From assembly GCA_001872625.1 (NCBI GenBank), contig MNXP01000049.1, positions 100,142 through 164,141 of the forward strand: 64,000 nucleotides of DNA, read 5' to 3'. Below the pieces are notes generated by a model. That model worked only from the letters and a program-made list of their open reading frames with translations, had not been told where the DNA came from and ran no database searches. This DNA is from Bacteroidetes bacterium CG2_30_33_31. GTDB lineage: Bacteria; Bacteroidota; Bacteroidia; Bacteroidales; UBA1556. The translations under genes and the position numbers were made by a program. Within the stretch, counting starts at the first letter, position 1. Each line of letters opens with the position of its first letter. Shown in pieces: positions 39,555 to 48,962 of this stretch.

Positions 39555-41201
39555 TTGAAAGTTTTATCATATAAACATCAAAAACTCAACACTTTGTACA
39601 GAATAGAATCTAAAATAAATACATCCTCAGAGCTGTTTAAGTCGAATAAAGAAGACTTTCTAAGACTAATGGCTGAATACAGAGAGAAACTAAATTCAGT
39701 AATAAATGGATCAACTCCAAGTTCAGTAGAAAAGCATAAAAGTAGAGGAAAATTGTTGGCACGAGAGAGAATAGATTTGCTAATAGATCCAAATACTCCA
39801 TTTCTCGAACTTTCTACCATGGCAGCCTATGGTCAATATGAAAATCAATTTCCATCGGCAGGAATTATTACTGGAATTGGCATGGTGCAAGGTAGAGAGA
39901 CTATGATTATTGCCAACGACGCCACAGTAAAAGGTGGTACTTATATGAAGGAGACCATTAAAAAGCATATAAGAGCACAAGAAATTGCTATGGAAAATCA
40001 TCTTGCTTGCATTTATATGGTTGACTCAGGTGGCGTATTTCTGCCCGATCAGGCCAATGTTTTCCCAGATAGATTTGGTTTTGGGCGCTTCTTTTTTAAT
40101 CAAGCTCGAATGTCATCTCTTGGAATTCCGCAAGTGGCTATTGTAATGGGCTCATGCACCGCCGGTGGTGCTTATGTTCCCGCAATGAGTGATGAAACTA
40201 TAATTGTAAAAAATCAAGGCACAATATTTATTGGAGGTCCACCTTTAGTTAAAGCTGCTACTGGTGAGATAGTTACTGCGGAAGAACTTGGTGGCGCAGA
40301 TGTTCACACAAGTATTTCAGGCGTTGCCGACCATTATGCAGAAAATGATAGACATGCAATTTTAATTTGTCGTAATATTTTTGAAACATTGGGACATAAG
40401 GTTAAACAAACTCTGGATATCATAAAACCCGAAGAACCTTTTTATAATCCTGAGGAACTTTACGGCATAGCACCAATAGATTTTAAAAAACCCGTTGACG
40501 CAAAAGAAATTATCGCCAGAATGGTTGACGGCAGTCGTTTTCAGGAATTCAAAGCACGATATGCTCCAACTGTTGTTACTGGTTTTGCTCATATTATGGG
40601 GTATCCTATTGGAATAATTGCTAATAATGGAGTAATCTTCTCTGAGACCTCACTCAAAAGTGCTCACTTTGTAGAACTATGCACAAGTCGAAAAATTCCA
40701 ATACTTTTCTTACAAAATATTACTGGTTTTATCGTAGGAAGAGAGTATGAAAGACGCGGTATAGCTCGCGATGGGGCTAAGTTTGTTCATGCTGTAGCTA
40801 ATGCTGATGTGCCAAAATTTACAGTTGTTTTCGGCGGTTCATTTGGTGCTGGAAATTATGCAATGGCTGGCAGAGCTTACGACCCACGTTTGTTGATGAT
40901 GTGGCCAAATTCTCGCATTTCTGTTATGGGCGGCGAGCAGGCTGCTGGAGTATTAGTTCAAGTAAAGCAGGACCAATTAGCTGCCTCAAATAAAGTTATG
41001 AAAGCTGAAGATATTGAAAAACTCCGCAACTCTATTTTACAAAAATATGATTTCGAAGGCTCACCTTATTTCAGTACTTCACGTCTTTGGGACGATGGAA
41101 TTATTGACCCTACAGACACAAGAAAAGTGATTGCAATGGGTATAGCTATGAGTTTAAATAAACCATGGGATGATACTAAATATGGAATCTTTAGAATGTA
41201 A
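39555..41201 (+). CDS. liuB: Methylcrotonyl-CoA carboxylase, carboxyltransferase (beta) subunit
   Basis: 548-aa ORF. SRGKLLARERIDLLIDPNTPFLELS, GSCTAGGAYVPAMSDE and GGSFGAGNYAMAGRAY are typical acyl-CoA carboxyltransferase motifs. The start is a TTG (39555); an in-frame TTG at 39594 is an alternative. There is no upstream ATG or GTG. Confidence 0.85.
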   Translation: MKVLSYKHQKLNTLYRIESKINTSSELFKSNKEDFLRLMAEYREKLNSVINGSTPSSVEKHKSRGKLLARERIDLLIDPNTPFLELSTMAAYGQYENQFPSAGIITGIGMVQGRETMIIANDATVKGGTYMKETIKKHIRAQEIAMENHLACIYMVDSGGVFLPDQANVFPDRFGFGRFFFNQARMSSLGIPQVAIVMGSCTAGGAYVPAMSDETIIVKNQGTIFIGGPPLVKAATGEIVTAEELGGADVHTSISGVADHYAENDRHAILICRNIFETLGHKVKQTLDIIKPEEPFYNPEELYGIAPIDFKKPVDAKEIIARMVDGSRFQEFKARYAPTVVTGFAHIMGYPIGIIANNGVIFSETSLKSAHFVELCTSRKIPILFLQNITGFIVGREYERRGIARDGAKFVHAVANADVPKFTVVFGGSFGAGNYAMAGRAYDPRLLMMWPNSRISVMGGEQAAGVLVQVKQDQLAASNKVMKAEDIEKLRNSILQKYDFEGSPYFSTSRLWDDGIIDPTDTRKVIAMGIAMSLNKPWDDTKYGIFRM

Positions 41202-41286
41202 TTATTATTGTTTTTTTGAAACTAAAATATTAAATAAATCATCATAACAATCATAATATTAGTTAAATATAAATTAAATTAAACTT

Positions 41287-42075
41287 ATGAAAGAATATTC
41301 AACTATAGAATTTGAAATTAAAGATGACTTGGGAATTATTTGGTTAAATCGGCCAGAAATTCATAATGCTTTCAATGAAATAATGATATCAGAAATTATT
41401 TCAATTTTTGAGGACATCGAAAAAATGGACGATATCAGAATAGTTATTCTAAGAGGAAGAGGAAAATCTTTTTGTGCCGGTGCCGATCTGAATTGGATGC
41501 GTGATGTGGCAAAATATAATTATGAGGATAATTATAAGGAAAGCCTGAATTTATCAAAATGCTTTTATAAAATATATTGCTGCTCCAAGCCAACTATTGC
41601 AGTTATTCATGGCGCTGCAATTGGCGGTGCTAATGGCCTTTTAGCTGCTTGCGACTTTGCTTTTGCCGATGAAAACACTACATTTTCACTTAGTGAAGTA
41701 AAAATTGGAATTGTACCTGCTTGCATCTCTCCTTATGTTACAAAACGTGTCGGCGAATATGCTTCTAAGGAATTAATGATTACTGGAAAAAGGTTCAAAA
41801 GCCCTGAAGCTTATTATCACAGATTGATTAACAAATCGCTGCCCTCAGATGAGCTCGAAAACTACTTAAATGAAACTATTGCAATGCTAAGAACAAGTGG
41901 TCCAAAAGCGATGGCGCAATGTAAATCATTGCTTTACAATATCTCTAATAAGTTGAACTTAAATGATGCCATTGATTATACTGCCAAAATGATTGCTGAA
42001 ATAAGAGCCTCTGAAGAAGGGCAAGAAGGCATGTCGGCATTTCTTGGGAAGAGAAATCCAAATTGGGTAAAATAA
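41287..42075 (+). CDS. liuC: Enoyl-CoA hydratase/isomerase family (methylglutaconyl-CoA hydratase by context)
   Basis: 262-aa ORF. Crotonase signature GKSFCAGADLNWM and AVIHGAAIGGANGLLAACDF. It sits between the two MCCase subunits. Confidence 0.7.
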   Translation: MKEYSTIEFEIKDDLGIIWLNRPEIHNAFNEIMISEIISIFEDIEKMDDIRIVILRGRGKSFCAGADLNWMRDVAKYNYEDNYKESLNLSKCFYKIYCCSKPTIAVIHGAAIGGANGLLAACDFAFADENTTFSLSEVKIGIVPACISPYVTKRVGEYASKELMITGKRFKSPEAYYHRLINKSLPSDELENYLNETIAMLRTSGPKAMAQCKSLLYNISNKLNLNDAIDYTAKMIAEIRASEEGQEGMSAFLGKRNPNWVK

Positions 42076-42103
42076 TTTTAAAGAATAATAAATAAACCTC
42101 TGA

Positions 42104-44116
42104 ATGAAAATATTCAAAAAGATACTTATTGCCAACCGAGGTGAAATAGCAATAAGAATAATAAAGTCTGCTAAAGCTCTTGGAATATCTACAGTGGCCA
42201 TTTACAGTGAAGCAGATAAAAAAAGTCTTCATGTGAAAATGGCTGATGAAGCTTATAAAATTGGCAATCAAGAACTTAGTGACACTTATCTAAATATAGA
42301 AAAGATTGTTTCAATAGCTAAAAATTGTAATGCTGATGCTCTTCATCCTGGATATGGATTTTTAGCTGAAAATGCGGAACTCGTTGCTGCATGCAACAGA
42401 GAAAATATTACTTTCATTGGGCCAACATCAGAATCAATGCATTTGATGGGCAATAAAATTGAAGCACGGCAATTTGTTAGGAAGCTTGGAATTCCAATGA
42501 CAGAAGGAGCCACTGGCACCACCGAAGAAATTGTAGAAAAATCAAAAAAAATTCCTTTGCCTTTGTTAGTAAAAGCTGCTGCAGGTGGTGGGGGAAAAGG
42601 AATGCGCATAGTTCGCGATTTCGACTTATTAAAACAAACCATAGAAGCTACTGCCCGCGAAGCAAAAGCATATTTTGGTGACGGCGAAGTTTATGTGGAA
42701 CAGTATATCGAAGAGCCTCGACACATCGAAATTCAGGTTATAGGCGACAAGCATGGAAATACAATTCATCTTTATGAGCGAGAATGTTCAATCCAAAGGC
42801 GTTATCAAAAGATTGTTGAAGAAAGCCCATCTCCTACTCTAAATCAAGATGTTAGAGAAAAAATGGGAAAATCAGCGGCAGAAATTGCTCGTGGAATAGG
42901 TTACGACAGCGCTGGAACAATTGAATTTTTAGTGGATAAAAACCTCAATTTCTACTTTCTTGAAATGAACACAAGAATCCAAGTGGAACATCCAGTCACT
43001 GAAATGGTTACTGGTATTGATATTGTTCGAGAGCAGATTTTAGTTGCTGCTGGCAATCAACTTTCATTCAATCAGTCCGATGTTCGTCAAAAAGGACATG
43101 CTATTGAAGCCCGTATTTATGCTGAAAACCCAGCTAAAGATTTTTTACCATCGCCTGGTAAGATGAATTTATACCTTGAACCTAAGGGCGAGAATATTAG
43201 AATTGATGCAGGTATTGATTATGCTTGCGTTGTGGAAAGTTTTTACGATCCTATGATTTCGAAATTAGTTGTTTGGGGTGAAAACAGAGAAGCTGCCAGG
43301 CAAAAACTAATCTTCGCCCTAAAAAATTACATCATTCACGGTATTCATACAAATATTGCTTATCTATTGGAACTTACTCAAAATAAAGCCTTTATAACTA
43401 ATAATATATCAACAAAATTTTGTGATGAGCATAGTTCAGAAATTTTGAGTAACATTGAAAATCAAAATAATTGTCGTAATAAAAATACTTTCATCAGCGC
43501 TTTTCTATGTTTTGATTTCCATAAGCGAAAAAATACTTCAGATATAAATAATTTATGGAATCAGATTGGCTTTTGGCGATTGATTCCAATTATTAAAATT
43601 GAGATTGATAATGCAATAATTCCTGTTGAATTAATAAAATCTGATACAATAAATTATGTCTTTAAGATTGGCGATAAATCTATTAAACTTGAATTAATAG
43701 AAATCTCAGCTTATCATCTAAAAGCTCAAATAGACGGAGTTTTAGAACATTATTATTTTTCTCAAGATACTGAAGGAGTGCATCATGTATCAAATAATGG
43801 GAATAATTTGTTTATTTCGAGGTGCGATGAAATGGTAAATGAAGAAATTTATACACCTTCCGATTTGAAAGCTGGCGGCGATAATATAAACTCACCAATG
43901 CCTGGTAAAGTCATTAAAATAAATGTTGTTAAAGGGCAGCAAGTTAAAAAAGGTGATGTGGTAATGATAGTGGAAGCAATGAAAATGGAAAATAATTTGG
44001 AAGCACATAGGGATGCAATTATTGAAGATGTTAATGTAATTGAAAATGAAATGATTGATAGCTCTAAAGTGCTCATAAAGTTTGTAAAAAACGATGAAAA
44101 AAATAAAAACTTATAA
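42104..44116 (+). CDS. liuD: Methylcrotonyl-CoA carboxylase, biotin carboxylase + BCCP (alpha) subunit
   Basis: 670-aa ORF. KILIANRGEIAIRII, ATP-grasp GGGGKGMR, EMNTRIQVEHPVTE and the C-terminal biotinylation motif VEAMKMEN. Confidence 0.85.
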   Translation: MKIFKKILIANRGEIAIRIIKSAKALGISTVAIYSEADKKSLHVKMADEAYKIGNQELSDTYLNIEKIVSIAKNCNADALHPGYGFLAENAELVAACNRENITFIGPTSESMHLMGNKIEARQFVRKLGIPMTEGATGTTEEIVEKSKKIPLPLLVKAAAGGGGKGMRIVRDFDLLKQTIEATAREAKAYFGDGEVYVEQYIEEPRHIEIQVIGDKHGNTIHLYERECSIQRRYQKIVEESPSPTLNQDVREKMGKSAAEIARGIGYDSAGTIEFLVDKNLNFYFLEMNTRIQVEHPVTEMVTGIDIVREQILVAAGNQLSFNQSDVRQKGHAIEARIYAENPAKDFLPSPGKMNLYLEPKGENIRIDAGIDYACVVESFYDPMISKLVVWGENREAARQKLIFALKNYIIHGIHTNIAYLLELTQNKAFITNNISTKFCDEHSSEILSNIENQNNCRNKNTFISAFLCFDFHKRKNTSDINNLWNQIGFWRLIPIIKIEIDNAIIPVELIKSDTINYVFKIGDKSIKLELIEISAYHLKAQIDGVLEHYYFSQDTEGVHHVSNNGNNLFISRCDEMVNEEIYTPSDLKAGGDNINSPMPGKVIKINVVKGQQVKKGDVVMIVEAMKMENNLEAHRDAIIEDVNVIENEMIDSSKVLIKFVKNDEKNKNL

Positions 44117-44127
44117 AACAGAATGTT

Positions 44128-45276
44128 ATGGATTTTGATTTAAATGAAACGCAGAAAATGATTCGTGAGACAGTAAGAGATTTCGCCGAAAGGGAAATTA
44201 AACCTTATGCTCAAGAGTTAGATGAGAAGGGTGAATTCTCGATACAAAACACAAAAAAAATTGGTGAATTAGGTTTATTGGGAATGTATCTTCCTGAAAA
44301 ATATGGCGGGCAAGGTCTTGACACACTATCTTATATTATTGCAGTTGAAGAACTTGCCAGAGTTGACGGCTCGCACGCAGCAACTTTGGCAGCTCATAAT
44401 TCTTTAGGTATAGGACCAATTTATTATTATGGCACTGAGGAACAAAAGCTAAAATATCTTCCCCAGCTAAGCACTGGCGATGCCGTTTGGGCTTTTGGAC
44501 TCACTGAACCTGGTGCAGGCTCAGATTCGCGCGGTACAAAGACTGTGGCTGAGCTTATTGATGATAAATGGCAAATAAATGGTTCTAAGATTTTTATCAC
44601 AAATGGAGCATCAGCAATTTCTCTTGGCGCTACAGTTCAAGCAGTTACAAAAGTATTCCCAGATGGGAAAAAGGAATATTCTTGCATTATTGTTGAAAGA
44701 GGAAATAAAGGATTTAAGCAAGTTCCGATGCATGGAAAAATGATGTGGCGTGCAAGTGATACCGCTGAGCTATATTTCGATGATTGCAAAGTGCCCAAAG
44801 AAAACCTTTTGGGAAAAATTGGCGAAGGCTCGCACATGATGCTATCTACACTCGATAACGGAAGACTATCTATTGGTGCGATGGGTTTAGGCCTTGCACA
44901 AGGAGCATTTGAAATGGCATTGGCTTATGCAAAAGAACGCAAACAATTTGGCAAAGCAATTTCTAAATTTCAAATAAATGCTTTCAAACTGGCAGATATG
45001 GCAATGAAAATTGAACTTGCCAGAAATCTTTTATATAAAGCTTGTTGGCTGAAAGATAATCATAAACCCTTTGCTAAAGAAGCGGCAATGTCGAAATTAT
45101 ATTGCTCAGAAATTGCCAAAGAAGTTGCCGATGAAGCCGTTCAAATTCATGGTGGATACGGACTTATGAAAGATTATCCTATTGAAAGATTTTACAGAGA
45201 CCAAAGATTATTACAAATAGGTGAAGGCACCTCAGAAATTCAAAGACTTGTAATTTCTCGTTACATTGGCTGCTAA
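44128..45276 (+). CDS. liuA: Acyl-CoA dehydrogenase (isovaleryl-CoA dehydrogenase by context)
   Basis: 382-aa ORF. ACAD motifs GLTEPGAGSD and QIHGGYG. Catalytic Glu context IGEGTSEIQRLVISR. Confidence 0.75.
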   Translation: MDFDLNETQKMIRETVRDFAEREIKPYAQELDEKGEFSIQNTKKIGELGLLGMYLPEKYGGQGLDTLSYIIAVEELARVDGSHAATLAAHNSLGIGPIYYYGTEEQKLKYLPQLSTGDAVWAFGLTEPGAGSDSRGTKTVAELIDDKWQINGSKIFITNGASAISLGATVQAVTKVFPDGKKEYSCIIVERGNKGFKQVPMHGKMMWRASDTAELYFDDCKVPKENLLGKIGEGSHMMLSTLDNGRLSIGAMGLGLAQGAFEMALAYAKERKQFGKAISKFQINAFKLADMAMKIELARNLLYKACWLKDNHKPFAKEAAMSKLYCSEIAKEVADEAVQIHGGYGLMKDYPIERFYRDQRLLQIGEGTSEIQRLVISRYIGC

Positions 45277-45301
45277 AATAATTACGATAAAACTATGAAT
45301 T

Positions 45302-45994
45302 ATGAATAAAGTTGTAAAAAATGCGGCAGCTGCCGTAAGCGATATAAAAAATGGTCAATCAATAATGCTTGGAGGATTTGGCCTCTGCGGAATTCCTGAA
45401 AACAGCATCAACGCCTTATTTGACAAAGATGTAACTGGATTGACATGCATCTCAAATAATGCTGGTGTTGATGATTTTGGATTAGGAAAATTGCTTAGAA
45501 AACATCAAATAAAAAAAATGATTTCTTCTTATGTGGGAGAAAATAAAGAATTCGAGAGACAACTTTTAAGTGGTGAGCTTGAAGTAGATTTAGTTCCTCA
45601 AGGCACTCTCGCCGAAAGGATTAGAGCTGGTGGTGCAGGAATTCCTGCTTTCTTTGTTCCTGCAGGTTATGGCACTGAAGTAGCTGAAGGCAAAGAGGTT
45701 AGAATATTTGATGGAAAACCTCATATTATGGAAACTGGCCTAAAAGCCGATTTTGCAATTGTGAAAGCTTGGAAAGGTGATACTTCAGGAAATTTGATTT
45801 TCAGACATACCGCCAATAATTTCAATCAGGCAATGGCAACAGCTGGAAAGATTACAATAGCTGAAGTTGAAATACTTGTTGAAGCAGGCGAGTTAGACCC
45901 AAACCAGATTCACATTCCCGGAGTCTTTGTTCAAAGAATTTTCCAAGGTGTAAATTATGAAAAACGCATTGAGTTTGAAACAGTTCAAGAATAA
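45302..45994 (+). CDS. scoA: 3-oxoacid (succinyl-CoA:acetoacetate) CoA-transferase subunit A
   Basis: 230-aa [38 protein letters not shown]. Confidence 0.85.
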   Translation: MNKVVKNAAAAVSDIKNGQSIMLGGFGLCGIPENSINALFDKDVTGLTCISNNAGVDDFGLGKLLRKHQIKKMISSYVGENKEFERQLLSGELEVDLVPQGTLAERIRAGGAGIPAFFVPAGYGTEVAEGKEVRIFDGKPHIMETGLKADFAIVKAWKGDTSGNLIFRHTANNFNQAMATAGKITIAEVEILVEAGELDPNQIHIPGVFVQRIFQGVNYEKRIEFETVQE

Positions 45995-46043
45995 ATTAGA
46001 TCTTAATTTGAACAAAAAATAGAAATTAAATTATATCAAAACT

Positions 46044-46703
46044 ATGGCATTGACAAAAGAACAAATAGCGCAAAGAATAGCGCAAGAACTTCAAGACGGA
46101 TATTATGTAAATCTTGGCATTGGAATTCCTACACTTGTTGCTAATTATATTCCTGAAGGTATGGAAGTAGTGCTTCAATCAGAAAATGGACTTTTAGGAA
46201 TTGGACCTTTTCCTAAGAAAGGCTCTGCTGATCCTGACTTAATAAATGCTGGAAAACAAACTGTCAGCTATACTGCTGGCGCAGCATTCTTTGATTCATC
46301 CCTAAGCTTTGCTATGATTCGTGGCGGGCATATAGACCTTACAGTTCTTGGAGCTTTTGAAGTTACCAACGGAGGAGATATTTCTTCATGGAAAATTCCA
46401 GGTAAAATGGTGAAAGGCATGGGAGGAGCAATGGATTTGGTTGCTGCAGCAAAAAATATAATTGTTGCCACAACACATATTGATAGGGACGGCAATCCAA
46501 AACTTGTAAAAAAATGCACTTTACCATTAACTGGGGTCAATTGTGTAAAAAAAATAGTAACTGATATGGCTGTGGTTGAAGTAACAAAAAAAGGTTTTAA
46601 ACTTTTGGAAAGAGCACCCGGAATTTCGGTTGAAGAAATTATTGCAAACACTGGCGCTCCCTTAATTATTGAGGGAGAAATACCAGAAATGAAATTTGTT
46701 TAA
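46044..46703 (+). CDS. scoB: 3-oxoacid CoA-transferase subunit B
   Basis: 219-aa ORF. YVNLGIGIPT, the active-site Glu motif LQSENGLLG, and GGAMDLV. Confidence 0.85.
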   Translation: MALTKEQIAQRIAQELQDGYYVNLGIGIPTLVANYIPEGMEVVLQSENGLLGIGPFPKKGSADPDLINAGKQTVSYTAGAAFFDSSLSFAMIRGGHIDLTVLGAFEVTNGGDISSWKIPGKMVKGMGGAMDLVAAAKNIIVATTHIDRDGNPKLVKKCTLPLTGVNCVKKIVTDMAVVEVTKKGFKLLERAPGISVEEIIANTGAPLIIEGEIPEMKFV

Positions 46704-46733
46704 TATTTATGTTTTTAATTTAACCATTTTACC

Positions 46734-47741
46734 ATGAATTACCCAAAGAAAGTTACGATAGGCGACATCACCGTAAGAGATGGCTTCCAACATGAAGAAA
46801 AATTTATACCAACGGAAGCAAAATTATGGGTTTTAGAACAGCTTATTTTAGCAGGATTTAAACATGTTGAAGTAAGTAATTTCGGAAATCCTAAGGGAAT
46901 GCCTCAATTTCAAGATGCTGATGAATTATTCAAAGGAATACATAACAGCAAGAAAGTTAAGCATTTGCTATCTGGTGTAAGCCTTACTGCCATCACCATT
47001 AGAGAGAAAGCTATCCAAAGAGCCATTGAAGCAAAAAAGGAAGGATTTGGCCCAGATAGGATTTTACTTATGGTTTCTACAAGCGAATCTCACCATATTA
47101 AAAACTCAGGATTATCGTTGAAAGATTATTGGAAAATGGCTGAAGAATGGATTCCAAAGGCGCAAGCGGCTGGCATAAAAGTAAATGGCACTGTCAGCAC
47201 TATTTGGGGGTGCCCTATTGAAGGTCCAACAGAAATGGGAAAAGCTGTGGAATTTGCTCAAAGATGGATAAATATTGGTGCTAATGATGTAGAACATGCT
47301 GACCATGACGGCTCTGCTTCACCAGATAGAGTTTATAAATATTACTCGATGTTGCTTGAGCATTTTGGCAAACCAGATAAACATATTGCCCATTTTCATA
47401 CCACAAGAGGCTGGGGATTGGCAAATGTTTTGGCAGCTTTACAGGCTGGTATGACAAATTTTGAATCTACCATGGGTGGAATAGGTGGACAACCAGCAAA
47501 TTTTGTTAGCGGTGTACCTGTATCAGGAACTGGTGCCTATTATTATAAAGATCCAAATATTGTTGGATTAGTAAGCACTGAAGATATGGTTGTTATGATG
47601 GATGAAATGAATATAGAAACTAATCTTGACATAGACAAAATCCTTGAAATTGGAAGAATGGTTGAAAAAATTGCTGGCAGACCTTTGCGTTCTGAATGTA
47701 TAAAAACAGGAAGAATTCCCAAAAATCTTTCTGGAAGATAA
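46734..47741 (+). CDS. HMGL-like DRE-TIM metallolyase (hydroxymethylglutaryl-CoA lyase by context, divergent subfamily)
   Basis: 335-aa ORF. ITVRDGFQHEE (the R-D-G-x-Q substrate/metal motif) and HFHTTRGWGLANVLAAL (H-x-H metal ligands). The canonical GLGGCPYA loop is replaced by GGIGGQPANFVSGVPVSGTGAYYYKDPNIVGLVSTED. Confidence 0.65.
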   Translation: MNYPKKVTIGDITVRDGFQHEEKFIPTEAKLWVLEQLILAGFKHVEVSNFGNPKGMPQFQDADELFKGIHNSKKVKHLLSGVSLTAITIREKAIQRAIEAKKEGFGPDRILLMVSTSESHHIKNSGLSLKDYWKMAEEWIPKAQAAGIKVNGTVSTIWGCPIEGPTEMGKAVEFAQRWINIGANDVEHADHDGSASPDRVYKYYSMLLEHFGKPDKHIAHFHTTRGWGLANVLAALQAGMTNFESTMGGIGGQPANFVSGVPVSGTGAYYYKDPNIVGLVSTEDMVVMMDEMNIETNLDIDKILEIGRMVEKIAGRPLRSECIKTGRIPKNLSGR

Positions 47742-47822
47742 ACTATTGACATAAATATTCTACAAATTGAGTAGTAAGATTTGTTCCAATCACGTCCTAT
47801 AGTTTATTAAAACTAAGCAATT

Positions 47823-48836
47823 ATGAAAAAAATATTGGTCTTTCTTTTAGCATTAATAACTGAATTTCAAGGATTTAATCAAAATATTCAATATAAAAAT
47901 CTTGTATTTGAAGGCGGTGGGTTGATGGGATTAGCTTATTGTGGTGCACTTACTGAGCTCGAAAACAGAAACATTTTGCCATCGATAGAAAAAGTTGCTG
48001 GCACCAGTGTTGGGGCAATTACAGCAGTATTAATTTCTGTAGGATATAATGCCGATGAAATAACAAAAATTATTTTAGAAACAAATTTTGGAAAATTCAA
48101 TGATGGAAGCAATATGTTTTTCGATGGAGTTTACAGATTTTCAAAAAATTATGGGTTTTATAAAGGAGAAGAATTTCAAGACTGGCTTAAAAGCAAAATT
48201 GCAAAAAAAACAGGCAATGCAGATATTACTTTTTTGCAGCTAAGGCAATCGGGATATAAAGATTTGTATGTAACTGGTACCAATCTTTCAAAACAGAAAT
48301 CAATAATTTTTTCTGCAGAAAATTTTCCAGAAATGAAAATAGCTGATGCTGTGAGAATTTCAATGTCGATTCCAATGTATTATGAATCTTGTTTTGTCGA
48401 CAGTGTTGGTAATGTTTATCATGAGCAAAATGATACATTGCCAAGGGATTTAATCGTTGACGGCGGTTTGCTCAACAATTATCCTATTGATATTTTCGAT
48501 AGTATATTGCAGACTGATGATGGTTTAAAGCGGATTATTAATAAACAGACACTTGGATTTATGATCGACTCTGAAAAACAAACCGAGTACGATATCAATC
48601 GCAAAGGTTTGGCACCAAAGGATATAAAGGATATTCATGATTATTCTGAATCTGTTTTTATTTTAATTTATGAAACTTTAGTAAGAAAAAATTTGACCGC
48701 TGAAGATTGGAATAGAACAATCTCAATTTCCAATGTTGGAATTGGGCCTCAAGTAAAAAAAATTAGCCAAGTGCAAAAAAATAATTTGATAGAAAGTGGA
48801 AAATTAGCCACAAAATTTTATTTTTCTAAATTATAA
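47823..48836 (+). CDS. Secreted patatin-like phospholipase
   Basis: 337-aa ORF with a signal peptide (MKKILVFLLALITEFQG). Oxyanion GGGLMG, nucleophile elbow GTSVG and the catalytic Asp in VDGGLLNNYP. Confidence 0.8.
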   Translation: MKKILVFLLALITEFQGFNQNIQYKNLVFEGGGLMGLAYCGALTELENRNILPSIEKVAGTSVGAITAVLISVGYNADEITKIILETNFGKFNDGSNMFFDGVYRFSKNYGFYKGEEFQDWLKSKIAKKTGNADITFLQLRQSGYKDLYVTGTNLSKQKSIIFSAENFPEMKIADAVRISMSIPMYYESCFVDSVGNVYHEQNDTLPRDLIVDGGLLNNYPIDIFDSILQTDDGLKRIINKQTLGFMIDSEKQTEYDINRKGLAPKDIKDIHDYSESVFILIYETLVRKNLTAEDWNRTISISNVGIGPQVKKISQVQKNNLIESGKLATKFYFSKL

Positions 48837-48962
48837 AAACACTCTCTAAAGAAAAATTATATTATCTTTTTTAATCTCTTCCAATTTAATTTTTATAAAT
48901 AACCTTAGGCTGAGTTCTGCAATATAATTTTATTAAAATTCATTAAAAATATCTATAAATCA

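Noticed and set aside
41945-42271. 108-aa and 80-aa minus-strand ORFs across the liuC-liuD junction, plus the 127-aa ORF at 46268-46651 inside scoB
   Set aside because: They are antisense to strongly supported metabolic genes, with no motifs and no plausible promoter context.
47823-48836. Patatin-like phospholipase as a CBASS or other anti-phage effector
   Set aside because: It has an N-terminal signal peptide and no fused sensor domain (SAVED/CARF). No cyclase, TIR or nucleotidyltransferase partner is nearby, and its neighbours are metabolic genes.
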